Of a DNA stretch of 64,000 nt, positions 1 through 11,879 are shown one piece after another; the stretch's first letter is position 1; each line of letters begins with the position of its first letter. A program made the position numbers and the translations under genes. The notes below the pieces were generated by a model. The model was not told the DNA's origin. It worked only from the letters and a program-made list of their open reading frames with translations, and did not search any database. The stretch covers positions 2,728,909-2,792,908 of the forward strand of contig MU057560.1 in assembly GCA_013265495.1 (NCBI GenBank). Direction: 5' to 3'. This stretch comes from Vicugna vicugna. Its lineage: Eukaryota.

Positions 1-1529
1 CCCTTCCTGGATTTATGATCTTCAGAGCAGGAAAGCCAAGATGGGTATGAAATTGTAAGCTCATCCAGCACTATTACTTTTAATTGAAACGCCCTGGAAA
101 ACAGCATTGTGTGTGAGCTGTGCTCGTTCCCTGCTCTGTGCCGAATTCCAATTTGTAATGAGCAGAATGATGTGAGCCCATTAAAGTGACAAAGATGCCC
201 TTGCATTTCACAAATCTTGCTTCTTGACCTGATAAATACAAGCAAGCTGCCACTTAGCACGTACAGAATAGGTTTCCCTGGCAGATTGATTTCACAGTTT
301 ATTATAGAAAGAACATGTGGACTTCTGTAAGGGCTACGAGCCTGGTTATGAGATTGGTGCCTTTGCACACCCAACTCCATCCCAGCCTCATGCAAAAGAC
401 AAACTCTCCAGAACAAAAAACATTTCTGAGCAGGGATGGTTTCTGGCTGCTATTTAATATTTAATACAACAAAGTGCCAAATTATTAGCATGCTAAACCA
501 GTATCACTCTGGACCCCTCCTCGCAGCCTGCTATGGACTTTTTTCTGTTCGAGGCAGTTGCTAAAACTAATTTCTAATCACCCAAGAGCTCTGTCTTTTG
601 GGTTCATGTGATACAAACAGGAACTGTGACTCTGAGGAGTTCATTCTATTGGGTGTGCCAAAGGCTACCACTTTTTCTGCTTCTTACCTGCCACGTGCAC
701 ATCAGTGGTCTCAGGCGCCAGTGGCCATCCAGCCAGAGGCCAGTCTGCACTATTGTGCGGACACCACCAGGCAAAGGGAATGCCCGTGGTGGCACCACAA
801 CGCAGTGACTCCTGAGGTGATAACTCCGCGGACACCACAAAGTTCTCAGAGCGTGTGGTGTGGGCTCACAACCCCAAGAGCAAGGCAGGACATTGTTCCT
901 GCGCCCCAGTCATTGCTGTCCTGGAATCCTGGCCATTCCCTTTGCTTGTCTCCCCCTGGGACCCCCACTTGCTTTTGCCTTGCTAGGGTTGGGTGTGGGG
1001 GCTGCTTGTATGCCCAGTATGACCCTCGACCTGAGCAAGTTTCAATTCTTAAGTGACCCAAGAAGAGAAAGATTGCATACCTCCACGTCAATGTCTGATT
1101 GCCTTTCATTCTTTTTAACGTCTGCTTCAACTCAAACACAAAATGAGAAATTCCAGTGAGAACAACACTGAACCAGGAGCTGGAACTGGTCTGGTCCTAA
1201 CACTCACACTGAATGACCTTGAGAAAGCTCAGCTCTGTAAAATAGTTTCTCCAAGGTTTCCAAGACATGAGATGTGAGGACTTTTTAAAATCACTATTCA
1301 CTCATTCATTCAAAAAATACTCATTGATCACTTAGTACATTTAGGGAATGAGTGAGTGATATTTAGTGAGCACCCGATGTATGGTTGTGCGAACATTGTC
1401 CAGCCCAGTCAGCCCAGTGGTTCTGCAGACTAACTGTATAGCTGTCTGTTCCACAGAGGCAGCCTGAAGGGCCAAAGGCATGGGAATTACGGCTTAGGTG
1501 GGAGTGTTGGTCCAGATGATACAGACAGA

Positions 1530-1650
1530 GACAAGGAAAAGAGGAGGAACTAGGCTTTGAGAGGTTAAACCTGCAAGGTCACAGTGACAGCAGGAGACCT
1601 CAGGTCCACATCTGCCTGCCCCGCGGTCCTGCCTCTTCTTCATTGCACAG
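1530..1650 (-). mobile_element. MIR SINE fragment
   Basis: 'gaggaactaggctttgagaggttaaacctgcaaggtcacag' resembles the reverse-strand MIR core (gaggaaactgaggc..agagaggttaagtaacttgcccaaggtcacacag). Confidence 0.55.
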
Positions 1651-2654
1651 CACCACATCCTGTTTCAAACACGTGTCATCTTCCTTAAACTTCAACAAAG
1701 GTGCTGACTCTCCCTAAAGTCGTCACATCTCCCAGGAAGTCACTTTGTCCAATGAGTAGAACCAAGAACTGTTTCCCTTCCTCGGACGGGCACAGTGACA
1801 CTGCTCTCAGCACTTAGCTCTGCGCCCCGTGTGGTGCTTGTAGCTCAGAAGACCCTCCCAGCAACCCCAGGAAGTAGCCGTTATGCGCGTTTCACAGGTG
1901 CACCTACTGGACCGAGAGAAGTCATGGGGGAGATGGAGGCGGGGTCTGCAAGTCCAGCGCTCCTTGCACCAGGGAACCCTGGCTGGAAAGTAAAACCAGG
2001 ACTTGTACCCGCAGGGCGCTGTGACTGCTTCCTCCCGTCTGCTGCCACCACACCAGCTGGGACCCGCGCTCGCCCGCAGTGAGGGGGCTGCTCCCAGCAG
2101 GGCGAGTCTGTCACCCACGCCTTCCCTCTCCTTGACGCCAGTTCCCCCTCCTCCCTTAACGCACGTTTCTCCACTGCTGAGTGCACCCTCCCCGTGCCCT
2201 TTCATGAAGGAGTCTAGCCATCATCGATTTACATCTTACGTGCGTTTGGCACTGTCTTCTCTTCCCTGGGGAGGCCAGTGTCAAGCCTGGGCGGTCACTG
2301 TGGAGGGAAAGCCTCTCTCTGTTGCTGAGTGGATTTGCAGCACACATTTTCAGGTATTCCTGGTTCAGACAGAACTTGTGTGTGTCTCTGAAAAGAGCCG
2401 TCAGAACCAGTTGCTTATTCCCGTTACTTTAAAGATCAAATCAAACTAGAATATAAAGGACAAAACAAAAGACTGGATGTGAGACTCGGAGTGATCAGAG
2501 GAGGTAATTAGCAATGCAGTTGTGCGGATCCCCAAACCCACTGTCAGTGTTTGGGCGTGGTTTTATTTTTATTGTTTTTCCCCAACGAGCCTTGAACATC
2601 TTGAGTAATGACTTAGTCAACCTGCAAAAGTTTATTGAATTAGTCAATGGAAAA

Positions 2655-2745
2655 TGGAGAGATGGAGATAGAGAAATACGTAGAGATACTGAGAGAAACG
2701 GAGATGGAAGAGAGAGGAACAGGGAGGCAGAGAGAGAGGTGAGCG
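2655..2745. repeat. GA-rich low-complexity tract
   Basis: Degenerate gagat/gagag purine-rich repeats; they produce the R/E/D-rich part of ORF 2514..3458. Confidence 0.7.
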
Positions 2746-2869
2746 GATGGGAGGTGAAGAGTGGACGGCTCTCCACCGCGCTCCCTCCAGCCCAGCTCAC
2801 CACAGCATGCACATGGCTGGGGATCAAAGGCAAGTTGGAGAAGGGCTTCCGGAGGATCCTTCAGCGCAG

Positions 2870-3470
2870 GGAGCCCGAGCCCCAGCCGCATCCAGCTGTC
2901 AGCCTCGCTGCCTGGAGGCCGCTGGCGCCCCATCGGCAGCCGCTCAGCGCGGCATCTGGGCCGGCAGCTGGCTCCCGTCACGTGTCACCTCGCGGGCCCT
3001 GGGATCGCCGATGGAGGTGGACACAGCTCAGGGAGTCTCCCGGGGCTGCCAGCACAGCGCGGTTAGCACGGCCCAGACAGTCCTGTGACCGCACGCCTGC
3101 GCTCCGGGGACCTGAGGGCAGCTTGGCAGGTACGTCGCAGGGAGGGGGAGAAACGCAGTGCTCAGCGCACACGCTCGTGAGTTACCCTCAGAACTGGGGC
3201 AGCAAGTTGGGTCCCTGCCGCGCCGGGCCATGTCCCTGGGTGCTGGAGAGTCAGGCCACTGGGGGTGCGGCGGCCGCGCCGGCCTCCCATCACCGCAGAC
3301 GGCTCCTCCTCCCCGCCGCCGCACCCACGGCCTTCAGCTGCCTGGTTGCTCACGTTGAGAAATCACCGCTCGCTGTATGGAAGCACGAGACGCGGGGCTC
3401 CCTCTGTGACAGGTCGCCGTGCAGTGCCAGACGCCCTTCGGATGGAGGAGCACTGTGAAGTCAAAGCCAC
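2870..3470. promoter_or_regulatory. CpG-island-like segment
   Basis: About 600 bp with dense CpG and high GC (e.g. gcggcggccgcgccgg, ccccgccgccgc), just downstream of the minus-strand LTR. The whole window is CpG-rich, so island status is uncertain. Confidence 0.4.
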
Positions 3471-3532
3471 GTGAGGCAAACAAACAAAACCAAACCAAAG
3501 GTCGGGTCCACGTCCACGCTAAATAACTCCAG

Positions 3533-4106
3533 TGTTCCGGAAAAACGTGTTACAGCTCGGTTGTGACAGCAACCTGGATCCAGGCGAGAGACCAAGCAAC
3601 ACTCGGAGAGCTGGAAAACTCAGGTTTATTACGCCAGCGAGCCCAAACGAGTTGATACTTCAAACTCTGGACCCCCTCTGCAGCTTTACACAGGCCTTTT
3701 ATAGGCTGCTAGTTTTACACTTTGTAACATCGTATGCACATAAAGTACAACCAGGAACAAACTTTGTAGAAATAGACCAATCAGGAGTGAGCTCCATGCA
3801 AGTACAGTACTACAAATGGACCAATCAGAAGTTAGGGAAGTAGACCAATCAAAAGTGAGAGTAATAACCAATCAGAAGTGGGAGTAAAAACCAATCAGAA
3901 GTGAGAGTAGTAACCAATCAGGAGTGAGAGTAGTAACCAATCAGAAGTGAGCGCAGGGAACCAATAGAATTCTAGGTGTAAGTTAGCCGCTGTAGAGGCT
4001 AAAAGTGAGAGAAAGCCGCTGGGTCAGGGAACCGGTCGGTGCTGGGAGGAGCGGAGCGTTGCTACCTAAGGGTCCTGCCGGTCTTTTTATGGAGCTTCCC
4101 GCCTCA
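3533..4106 (-). mobile_element. Solo endogenous retrovirus LTR (ERV1-like, 574 bp)
   Basis: TG...CA termini; flanks ccag (3529-3532) and cgag (4107-4110) fit a 4-bp TSD with 1 mismatch. On the minus strand: U3 CCAAT repeat array, TATAAAA (3697-3703) and AATAAA (3625-3630) in the expected order. No internal gag/pol sequence. Confidence 0.85.
3777..3965. promoter_or_regulatory. Tandem CCAAT (NF-Y) box array in LTR U3
   Basis: CCAAT starts at 3777, 3821, 3845, 3868, 3891, 3914, 3937 and 3961; unit approximately 'aaccaatcagaagtgagagtagt' (23 bp). Confidence 0.8.
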
Positions 4107-4477
4107 CGAGGACTGTAAAGCAAGTTGCTTTTCTCCAGAGGAACTCTGAACTCATACGTTTGTAAGCCCGTTCTTCCTGTTTGAACTGAGATGAGCTATC
4201 ATGTTGCTGGGGGAAGACGAGGGCTCCGGAGGCAGGGGAGCTTGGGCCCAGAGTCGGATCCTCTCTCCTCAGCCGGGCGACGGGAGGTACCTTGGCTCCC
4301 ACGTGAGCCGGACGTGGGACTAGGTGTGCACACCTGGCTGGGCTGGTGTGGGGTTCAGGGAGGGTGCAGATAAAATGGTGAACACAGCGCCTTGCCGGTG
4401 TGAGCACCATTCCTCCCATAGAAGCTCCTTATCCGGCTACCACCATGCACAGAGCACAAGGATTTGGGTGTCTAGTT

Positions 4478-4800
4478 CCTGCTTGTGGGAGTGCAAGCTG
4501 GTGCCACCTTTTCACTGATAAATTTGGCAAAGTCAACCAAACAGTAAATGTGATTGCCCTTTGGCCTGGCAATTTCATTGTTCCACTGACAAAAACGTAT
4601 CCTCTGGAAACAGCTTCACTTCACGACATCCAAGGGTACGCGGCTAAGGATGCTCACTGTGCTCCGTTTGCGGTGGCGAAACCACGGAAACCGGCGCAGT
4701 GTCCCCGTGGAGGGAAGGGTGACTGAGTATGGATCCAGATTGAGGGTGGGGGGTGCTGTGCATTTAGAAACATGGAGAGATCTAGAAATGCTAATAGAGA
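4478..4800 (+). mobile_element. Old L1M(E) fragment, ORF2 end/3'UTR
   Basis: 'tgcttgtgggagtgcaagctggtgccacctttt...gcaatttca...aaggatgctcactgtgctccgtttgcggtggcgaaaccacggaaacc' follows the L1 ORF2 C-terminal region. Confidence 0.6.
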
Positions 4801-5979
4801 CCCACTGCCACAGGTCTGCGTCGTGAGTCCATTTTACTGGAAGATGGTCGTGTTAAATGTGTGTCACGGCCTGCGTCTAACAGAGACCCACATGCGTGTA
4901 TACTTATGTTTTCACGTGTGTACATACAGACACATTTGCAAAGGCTCAGAACCTCCCTAGCCGACTTCCCAAAAGCTGTTTTCTGCACAGAGATGGGACT
5001 GAGAAACCCCATCGGGTCCTCGAGAAGGTTTCTGCGTTTTACTTTGCTCTCCTACCTGTTGCTTAAGTTCTTGTTGTAGCTTGCACTTGTCCTGCAGTTC
5101 TTAAAATTGCATAGTTGTTATGTACAAAGACATAGCACACCTTTCCTGTAACGTGCTACTGTCATTAGTGTTCCTGAAGATCGACGTAACTTGCCTGTGT
5201 TGGTTGAGTAAATATTCAATCGTTATCCGTTACCTTCAAAAGAAAAGGCTAAAATGACACGATATTATGTCAATTGTAAGGTGTTTGGTGGAAGATGATA
5301 TGACGTATTTACAACTCATCTAGGTAGCGTTAAGGCTGAAACCTTTTCTGTGCTAAGGAAATTACATTTATGAAGGCAATTTTAATGTTTTATAGACGCA
5401 TGTGTTTCTAGACTGTACGGTATATTCTTAGCTTAAAAAGGTTTAAATTTTTTTCAACTCAAAAAGATTTATGTAACGATAAATAACTTATCTGTAAAAT
5501 AAGATTTACCCAAAAAAAATCTCTAAGCTCCTTCCAATTTTGAAATTCTCTATATTTGCGATTTGGGCAGGAAATCCTATGCTGATGAGTAGCAGAATCG
5601 AAAATGTTTGGTATCATTGAGCCAAGACCCACGCTCACGGGATGGGAGTTTCTCCTCCACTTGACTGTGTTGAAAATCTAACTCAGTGGCGACCTAACTG
5701 TGTCGCTGGTTAAGTCATTGTTTTAAACCTGTTGCAGAAATTTTAAATGTATCCCCTTTGATGATTTGGAAGATTTACGGCGGACTTCTGCATGATTATA
5801 CCCCCAACGAATTCCGAGGCTGGAGTCCCTGCCGGGCGTCACCTGTCGGAGTGCGGGCTGCGCCCCTTCCCCATCGCTGACACTGTGCTGGCTGTGGTCG
5901 CCAGTCCTTGCTCGGGGAGGTACCAGGTGTGAGCATCAGTGCCCTGGTGTCCAGTCCCAAGTGCTTGCTGGTCCTGATG

Positions 5980-6145
5980 AGTGATGTGACGCTGGGCAGT
6001 TAGCTGATGTTTCTCAGTGCCCATTTCCTCAGTTGCAAGATGGGGTCAATAGCATATGCCTCCGGAACATCTGGGGGATTAAATGAACAAATATGTGAAT
6101 CAGAGAGCACAGGATCTGACGAACAGTCGTGGTTCAATGATTTTT
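5980..6145 (+). mobile_element. MIR SINE
   Basis: 'gtgacgctgggcagttagctgatgtttctcagtgcccatttcctcagttgcaagatgggg...ggattaaatgaacaaatatgtgaa' matches the MIR core. Confidence 0.75.
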
Positions 6146-6589
6146 GTTCTGAATGGCAAAAATTATTTTAAATAATTGAGTGCGATGTTCTTGTAGAAAG
6201 TATGTGATGCTGAATTTTAACTTCGTGGGTAGCCTCATGTTTTGAGATTATTTCAGCCAGTTTTAAATCAACAGTGCTATGGATTATTGTTGAAATCCTA
6301 TCCCCTCAAAGGAAAGCGTCTTTTCCTTTGCTCGAACAAGCAAGCCAGTGAGGGGCAGTGGACTGGGAGCCTCCTTAGCGGGTGGCCCGGCTGACTCCCC
6401 AGGTGAGCCTGTGTGCCCCCGGGCAGGCGGGGGAGAGGTGAGGTCCTGTGTGGGCTCCTCCTGGAGGCGCTGGCTGGCCAGCACCGTCTGTACTGGACCC
6501 TTGATGGGCTTCTCAGTCCAACATCTCCCCGGCCTGGCAGCCGGTCCAGGAGGCACACGTTTGTGGGAAACCCAAGGGGCTGCAATGTG

Positions 6590-6990
6590 GACAGAGAGAT
6601 GCCAGAGACATCCTAAGTGGAGACGCCAAGCGGGGAGTTGAGGTCGAGGCACGTGTCAGTCTGGAATGATGCTTCTGGGGTCATGGGTGTAGAGACAGCC
6701 CTCGATGCTGGAAGACTGGATGAGAGCGGGGAAAAAAAGAAAACAGAGAAGGGAAAAGTCCTGAGCCCTGAGGCCGGCAGCACTGCAGAGTCCGCACTGC
6801 AAGGAGGGCCCAGTCCAGACCCCTGGGAAGGAGCTCCCCTTCAGGTGGGGGGACACCCGAGTGGTGGTGCCCGGCGTCAGGAGAGGAGGGTGTTTCCGGG
6901 AGGAAGGCGTGAGCTGCTGCTGAGTCAGTTGCTGGGAATCAAACTGGTGAAGCACGAGGAAGGCGAGGGTACCTGTCCCTGAGAATAATT
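6590..6990 (-). mobile_element. L2 LINE fragment
   Basis: 'gacatcctaagtggagacgccaagcggggagttg...ggggtcatgggtgtagag...gactggatgag' matches a recognisable L2 segment. Confidence 0.6.
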
Positions 6991-7399
6991 CCAAGGCAAA
7001 GCGGGCGCTGAGTGGAAGAACAAAGTATAAGCGTCATTTTTACTAAACGTGGAGAGGGCATTCCTTCCTGCTCTCCAGGAAGACGCAAGGCGTTACAGTA
7101 GGACCTGGAAGTCCGCCTCTACCCACAGAGTGTCAGGGAGACTGTTTCAGAAAAAGAGATCCAGTTCCACCAAGACAGAGGCGGTGGGAGAGGAGGGGCG
7201 TGCGGCAGGTTGACGCTCCGGGCTGAGCCGGGCACAGGGCAGCTGCTGCCAGAGAGACAGAGGTCCCACCGCGGAGGGCTGGGGAGCCCATGGGAGCTGC
7301 ACTCCGCCCTGGGTGTTGGGGGAACACTGGAGTCGGAAAGGTCACAGGCAGGATCGCCTGGGGCACACTGCCTTCCGGAGAACAAGAGGGCATTAGCTG

Positions 7400-7510
7400 G
7401 AAGTGCCCAGAGGCGGTGGGTGCAGCACTGTGGCTGTTATGAGGACATTTGAGTTGGACGCTTTGAATGGGTGCATTTTGTTGCAGGTAAATTGTAGGTC
7501 ATTCACCTAC
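7400..7510 (+). mobile_element. Old L1 (L1MB/ME-like) 3' end
   Basis: 'tgagttggacgctttgaatgggtgcattttgttgcaggtaaattgta' resembles the L1M 3' tip (tgaattgtacactttaaaatggtgaattttatg..gtgaatt). Confidence 0.5.
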
Positions 7511-8179
7511 CTTTTATCTTTTATTATATAATTAATACATTTTATTACTCATTATTTATGATGTTTAAAAGGCACTGACAGAGGTGCCCCTGGCTAGTCT
7601 TGACTTTCAGAAGTGATGGACAAACTGACACATCGATGACCGTACAAACAGCCCTCACTAGTGTGACTGAGTGTAACGCGTCCTGGCAGTGGGCTCTGGC
7701 GCCTACTTAGAGCTCTTCCTGCACCGCAGCCTCCAGGTCCCAGCTCATGGATGACCCTCAGGAAGACTCAAGGCTGACGGGACCAGAAGTGGACACAGTG
7801 GTCAGTCCCACTACCTCTCGCCTCCTCATAACTTAATGCACGAACTTGGGCTCTGGAGCCAGACCAGCCCCGGGTCAGGGCCCGGTCCATCCTCACCCTC
7901 GGGCCGTGCAGGCTGCGAACCTCTCGGGCATGCAGCTTTCCCACCTGCAGGATGGAGAACTCCGACCTCTCGATTTGTCATGGGGACCAGCGGAGCCCAG
8001 ACGGGCGCGGAGGCGAGCACCACGGAAGGCTGGAGACGCACACGTGCGCCTTCCTTTCGGTTTCAGAGACTTAACTCCTCCTCGCGCTGCTCTTTGGGGA
8101 TGCTTTTCCCTCTCAAGCCTCCCATGATACGCCTTTAGTTTTTAATCCGTATTCCTAGTCAATACATGCTGGTCAAGCA

Positions 8180-8900
8180 GCCGTGCCGGACTTGGCCTCC
8201 ATGGGGGACCTTAGCCTGAGAAGCAAGTCCCTGTTTGTTGGGGAGCGGCTGAGCTGGAGAAGAGGGTCCAGCATCAAAGACCGGGTGAGCGTGTGCACCG
8301 ATCAGCGGCTGGGAGGTGGGGCGTGCCGGCTGCTGACCCCGGCCCCGAACCCAGAGGCTGCAGAACACCTGTTACCCGCTCGGGGGTGGCGGGCACAGAG
8401 CACCCGCTGGACTCACACAGGCGGGCGGGGCGCCCGCTAAACTAGGATCCTCCTGTCTCTCACCTCCCCCTCCGCCCCTCCCTCCAACCCCCGCTCTCCT
8501 CCTCCACCGAGCAGAAGGGAATCAGCTATTTGGGTGACTTCAGGGGTCCTGGGGAGGAAATACAGCACGGTGGGAAGTGAAGAAATCCCCAAGGTTACCT
8601 GAAACTGCAGTCGCCGCACCGCTGGCTGGGAAGGCGCCGGGCTCCGCGTGTGTCACCTTCTCATGGAAACTAAATCCAGGGGCGCTAGTGTGGGCGCGGT
8701 GCTGTGCACACCCTCCTGTCCCCACCCCGCGCCCCCTCCTGTCCCCGCCCCGCGCCCCTCGGGCCCCGGGGCGCCCCACTGTGCAGAGCCGTGGCGGCAG
8801 GGCCGTCCCCAGCAGCTTTCAGGGCTGCTGAACGCCGTGGAAGGCAGGCTCGTCGTGGATGGTGTGAGGACCGTTCTGGTTTGGTCTGTGCGTGGAGAGG
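8180..8900. promoter_or_regulatory. CpG/GC-box-rich segment (possible promoter or enhancer)
   Basis: GC boxes (gggcggggc ~8423, ccgccc ~8472), ETS-like ggaagtg ~8573, high CpG, and a C-rich 23-bp duplication at 8711-8756. Confidence 0.35.
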
Positions 8901-10101
8901 CTTCGTTTATTCCCGCCACTGAGCGCCTGCTCTGCACGTGGTGGGACCGTCAACACAGGGACCCAGGCCTGTCAGGACAAGCGTTCTCTTTCCTCGCTCC
9001 TGGTGATGTACTGGGGAGCTTACTGGGTCCTCCTTCCAGAGCTGTGCCCCGTAGACCCCGGTGACGTTGACATCCTCCTGGTCGGAGCCTCAAGTCCCCT
9101 TACTCAGTAGACGGCTCTGCCTCCACATGGGGCGTGGCTGGTGCAGGGAACCCCGCTGCAGGGCTACTCTCCTTCCAAATCCATGCGCCACCCCAGGGCT
9201 CTGGAGCCCGACTTCCTCCAGCGCTGGGGTCCCGCCAGCCCTCCTTTCCTCTCCAGTCTGCAGAATTCTCTCAGATGTGTCTGGAAGTGCCTTCATGCCA
9301 GCAGTGTGGGAACACTCGGGGTGTGTTACGGGATGTGAATGTGTGTGCGCCAGGTGTACGTGTGTGGTGGCGAGAGGGGTGGCTGGGAGAAATAGTACCA
9401 GCACCGTCACTGACCACTGACCTGTGCTTGAGCACAACCATCGGTAGTAGATCCTGGCTGGGGCCGGGCCCCCACAGCCCAGGAGCTCACCCTTCTGGTG
9501 AATGGACAGCTGTTTCCCCTGAGATCAGACTGATCCCTTTCTTGGGGTTCCATGAGAAAGCTGGGCACTGTGTCCTGCTACCCCAAAGACCAGGCAGCAT
9601 GGAATGAGGGTGTCATTTTTCACAGTATCTTTGCTTGCATTATGGAGAATGAATTGGGGGCAGCAATGCTGGAGTTTCCAGGGTCTTGGACTAGCCCCTC
9701 ATGGCATGAGGGCGAGTGACCTGGCGGCTGCTGGTGGGGGCAGAGCTCTCAGTCAAGAAGGGAGAGGAGGATGGATTGGAGGCAGGTGCACAATGTGTTA
9801 CCTTTGGAGCTTTCAAAAGGGGGAGACTGCCGATTCCCACCCCCACCTGTGACTCAGACACTCGCGGTGAGCATGGGAGGGTAATTACGACCCTCCCTGG
9901 GCTGATGACCACTGATTTACCGGGGAACCGGAGAAGGTGGCTCTGATGAGGCGAGGGAGTGAGGGAAGGTGAAGGCAAGGGCAGATTCGGGGCTGAGTTG
10001 GCTCACCATCCAGAGGGCAGGTCTGATTAGCAGCAAGGAGATGGGGAAAAACCTTTTAACTGTATCAAAAAGCGCATCTCTCTAAAGGTGGCTGCCTGAG
10101 C

Positions 10102-10277
10102 CAGGACCAGCTGCGTGGTTTTCAGGGCCCAGTACAAAATGAAAATGCGGGGCCTCTTGCTCCAACATTATTAAGAATCCCGAGCCCGCAGCAGCAGGAC
10201 CATAAACCAGGAGCGGGGCCCTTCTGCGCACCGGCCTTCTGACTGTCCAGGTCACACGCCTGTGAGCCAGGTGCTCT
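10102..10277 (-). mobile_element. MER45A-like hAT-Tip100 non-autonomous DNA transposon
   Basis: 'caggaccagct...gggcccagtacaaaatgaaaatgcggggcctcttgctccaacattattaagaat' is the reverse complement of the MER45A consensus as I recall it; length ~175 bp. Confidence 0.75.
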
Positions 10278-11379
10278 AAGACCTTTCTCAGGGGTCCTTA
10301 TTTATTTTCCTAGTGCAAAAAAATAGATCGAAGCTGCTCCACTTTCCTTCTCACCTGCAAACACTTAAAATTAGGGAAGAGCAGTGTCGGAGTCACCTAA
10401 TGGCCTCTCCGTCTCTCAGGGACGTTGACTTTGCACAGTTAACACCGAGCCACCAACCCTCATCCGTTGCTGTCTGTCAGAGACCCTCAGCTGCGCTCCT
10501 GTCCCAGGCGGCCATCGGTTGCTATTACGCTTCTATTTTTAAACAAGGGGGCGCACAGGAGGCTCCTGGGGAGGCGAAGAGGGAGAAAGGTTTTCGCAGG
10601 TGCTCCCTTACAGTGAGGGCGGAGGACGCAGCTCACCGGACACCGGTCTGTTCTCCATGGGCGGCTTGTCTTCGCTCGTCATCCTTCCTTCCTGGCAGCG
10701 GGTTTAGATGAGTTTCTTTTAGATGGTACGAGAGCATCACCTCTCAACACAAAGCAACAGGAGAGTCTGCTGGTGTCCCAGCATCCTTGACCTTGACCTC
10801 CCCATGAGGTCACTCTGTGTCCCCCGTCACTGACCCACTTGGAGTAGGCTGGTGGTGCATGGCTTCAACTGTGAGCTCGTTTTTTCACACAGAGCCCTCC
10901 TGTGTTTGCAAAGCTTTTGCTGAAAATTCTTTTTTCTTTTCCTTTTAGGAAAAGAAAAAAGAAAACATTTTAAAATGAAAATGAATAAAATTATCATTAT
11001 AAAACATGGTATCTTTCCCATCTGAAGGCTAAGTGCAAAACAGACTTTTGGACTTTGAACTTTCAATTACCTTTTTGAATCTAATCTTATAAAAACAGGA
11101 ATTGGCCTATGCATTCTTGTGAAAATGTATAAAAGCAAATGGTGAAGGAAATCATTTCAAAATTAAAAATTTCCTGCCACCTAATAAATCAGCTATGTTT
11201 AGAAATGCCTAATGCCACATGTTACCAGAGAACCAATCAATAATTAAATTTTTATTTTTAAAACCACAAAAAGGTGGCCACTCTTTGTAGAAAGAATTTT
11301 GTGAAAGTTTATGAATCTGACTTCATTTGTGCCTGATTTGACTCTGAAATAAATAAATTCACTCAAATTATTTTTTAAC

Positions 11380-11840
11380 TTTTTTTTTTAACTTGTTATT
11401 TTAGTCTTTTTATCTTATTAATGTACAATTGACACATAAATTGTATATATATTTTTTCAGTTTCTGTTTATTTTATTCATTTGCTGGAATTTAAGAACCA
11501 TTTTAGATTTTTGATTGTTACTTTTTTGTATACATGGTCTTTATTTTTATTTATTTTTAAAAATTCTTTTACATTTTTTATTGAGTTATAGTCATTTTAC
11601 AATTGTGTCGAATTCCAGTGTAGAGCACAATTTTTCAGTTATATATGAACATATAGCACAAGGAAATATATACAAGATCTTGCAGCTCACAGTGAAAAAA
11701 ATGTGACAATGAATATATGTATGTTCATGTATAAACTGTGTATTTTTGAAGTGTGTCACTTCATGTTCTGATTTATGGATTCACTGTGAAATGATTACCA
11801 CAATGAAGCTAGTTACCATATTCATCACCTCAGTCACCTC
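11380..11840 (-). mobile_element. Old L1MA-like 3' end interrupted by a younger L1
   Basis: Left piece 'aattgacacataaattgtatatat' (to ~11457) and right piece 'tgtgaaatgattaccacaatgaagctagttaccatattcatcacctca' (11739-11840) are contiguous in the L1MA 3' consensus. Confidence 0.65.
11458..11738 (-). mobile_element. Young L1 3' tip with 5' inversion (twin priming)
   Basis: T-rich tail, then a minus-strand L1 3' end (11575-11653), then a plus-strand piece of the upstream 3'UTR (11652-11738); both are homologous to 47941-48100. Confidence 0.75.
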
Positions 11841-11879
11841 TTTCTTCCCTCCCTGCTTTCCTCCCTCGCTCCTTTCTTT

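Noticed and set aside
2514..3458. 314-aa ORF
   Set aside because: Runs through a GA-rich tract and GC-rich DNA; low-complexity P/A/R/G content, no recognisable domain or splice structure.
3821..3965. CRISPR-like interpretation of the 23-bp repeats
   Set aside because: Contiguous degenerate tandem units within an LTR U3; no spacers.
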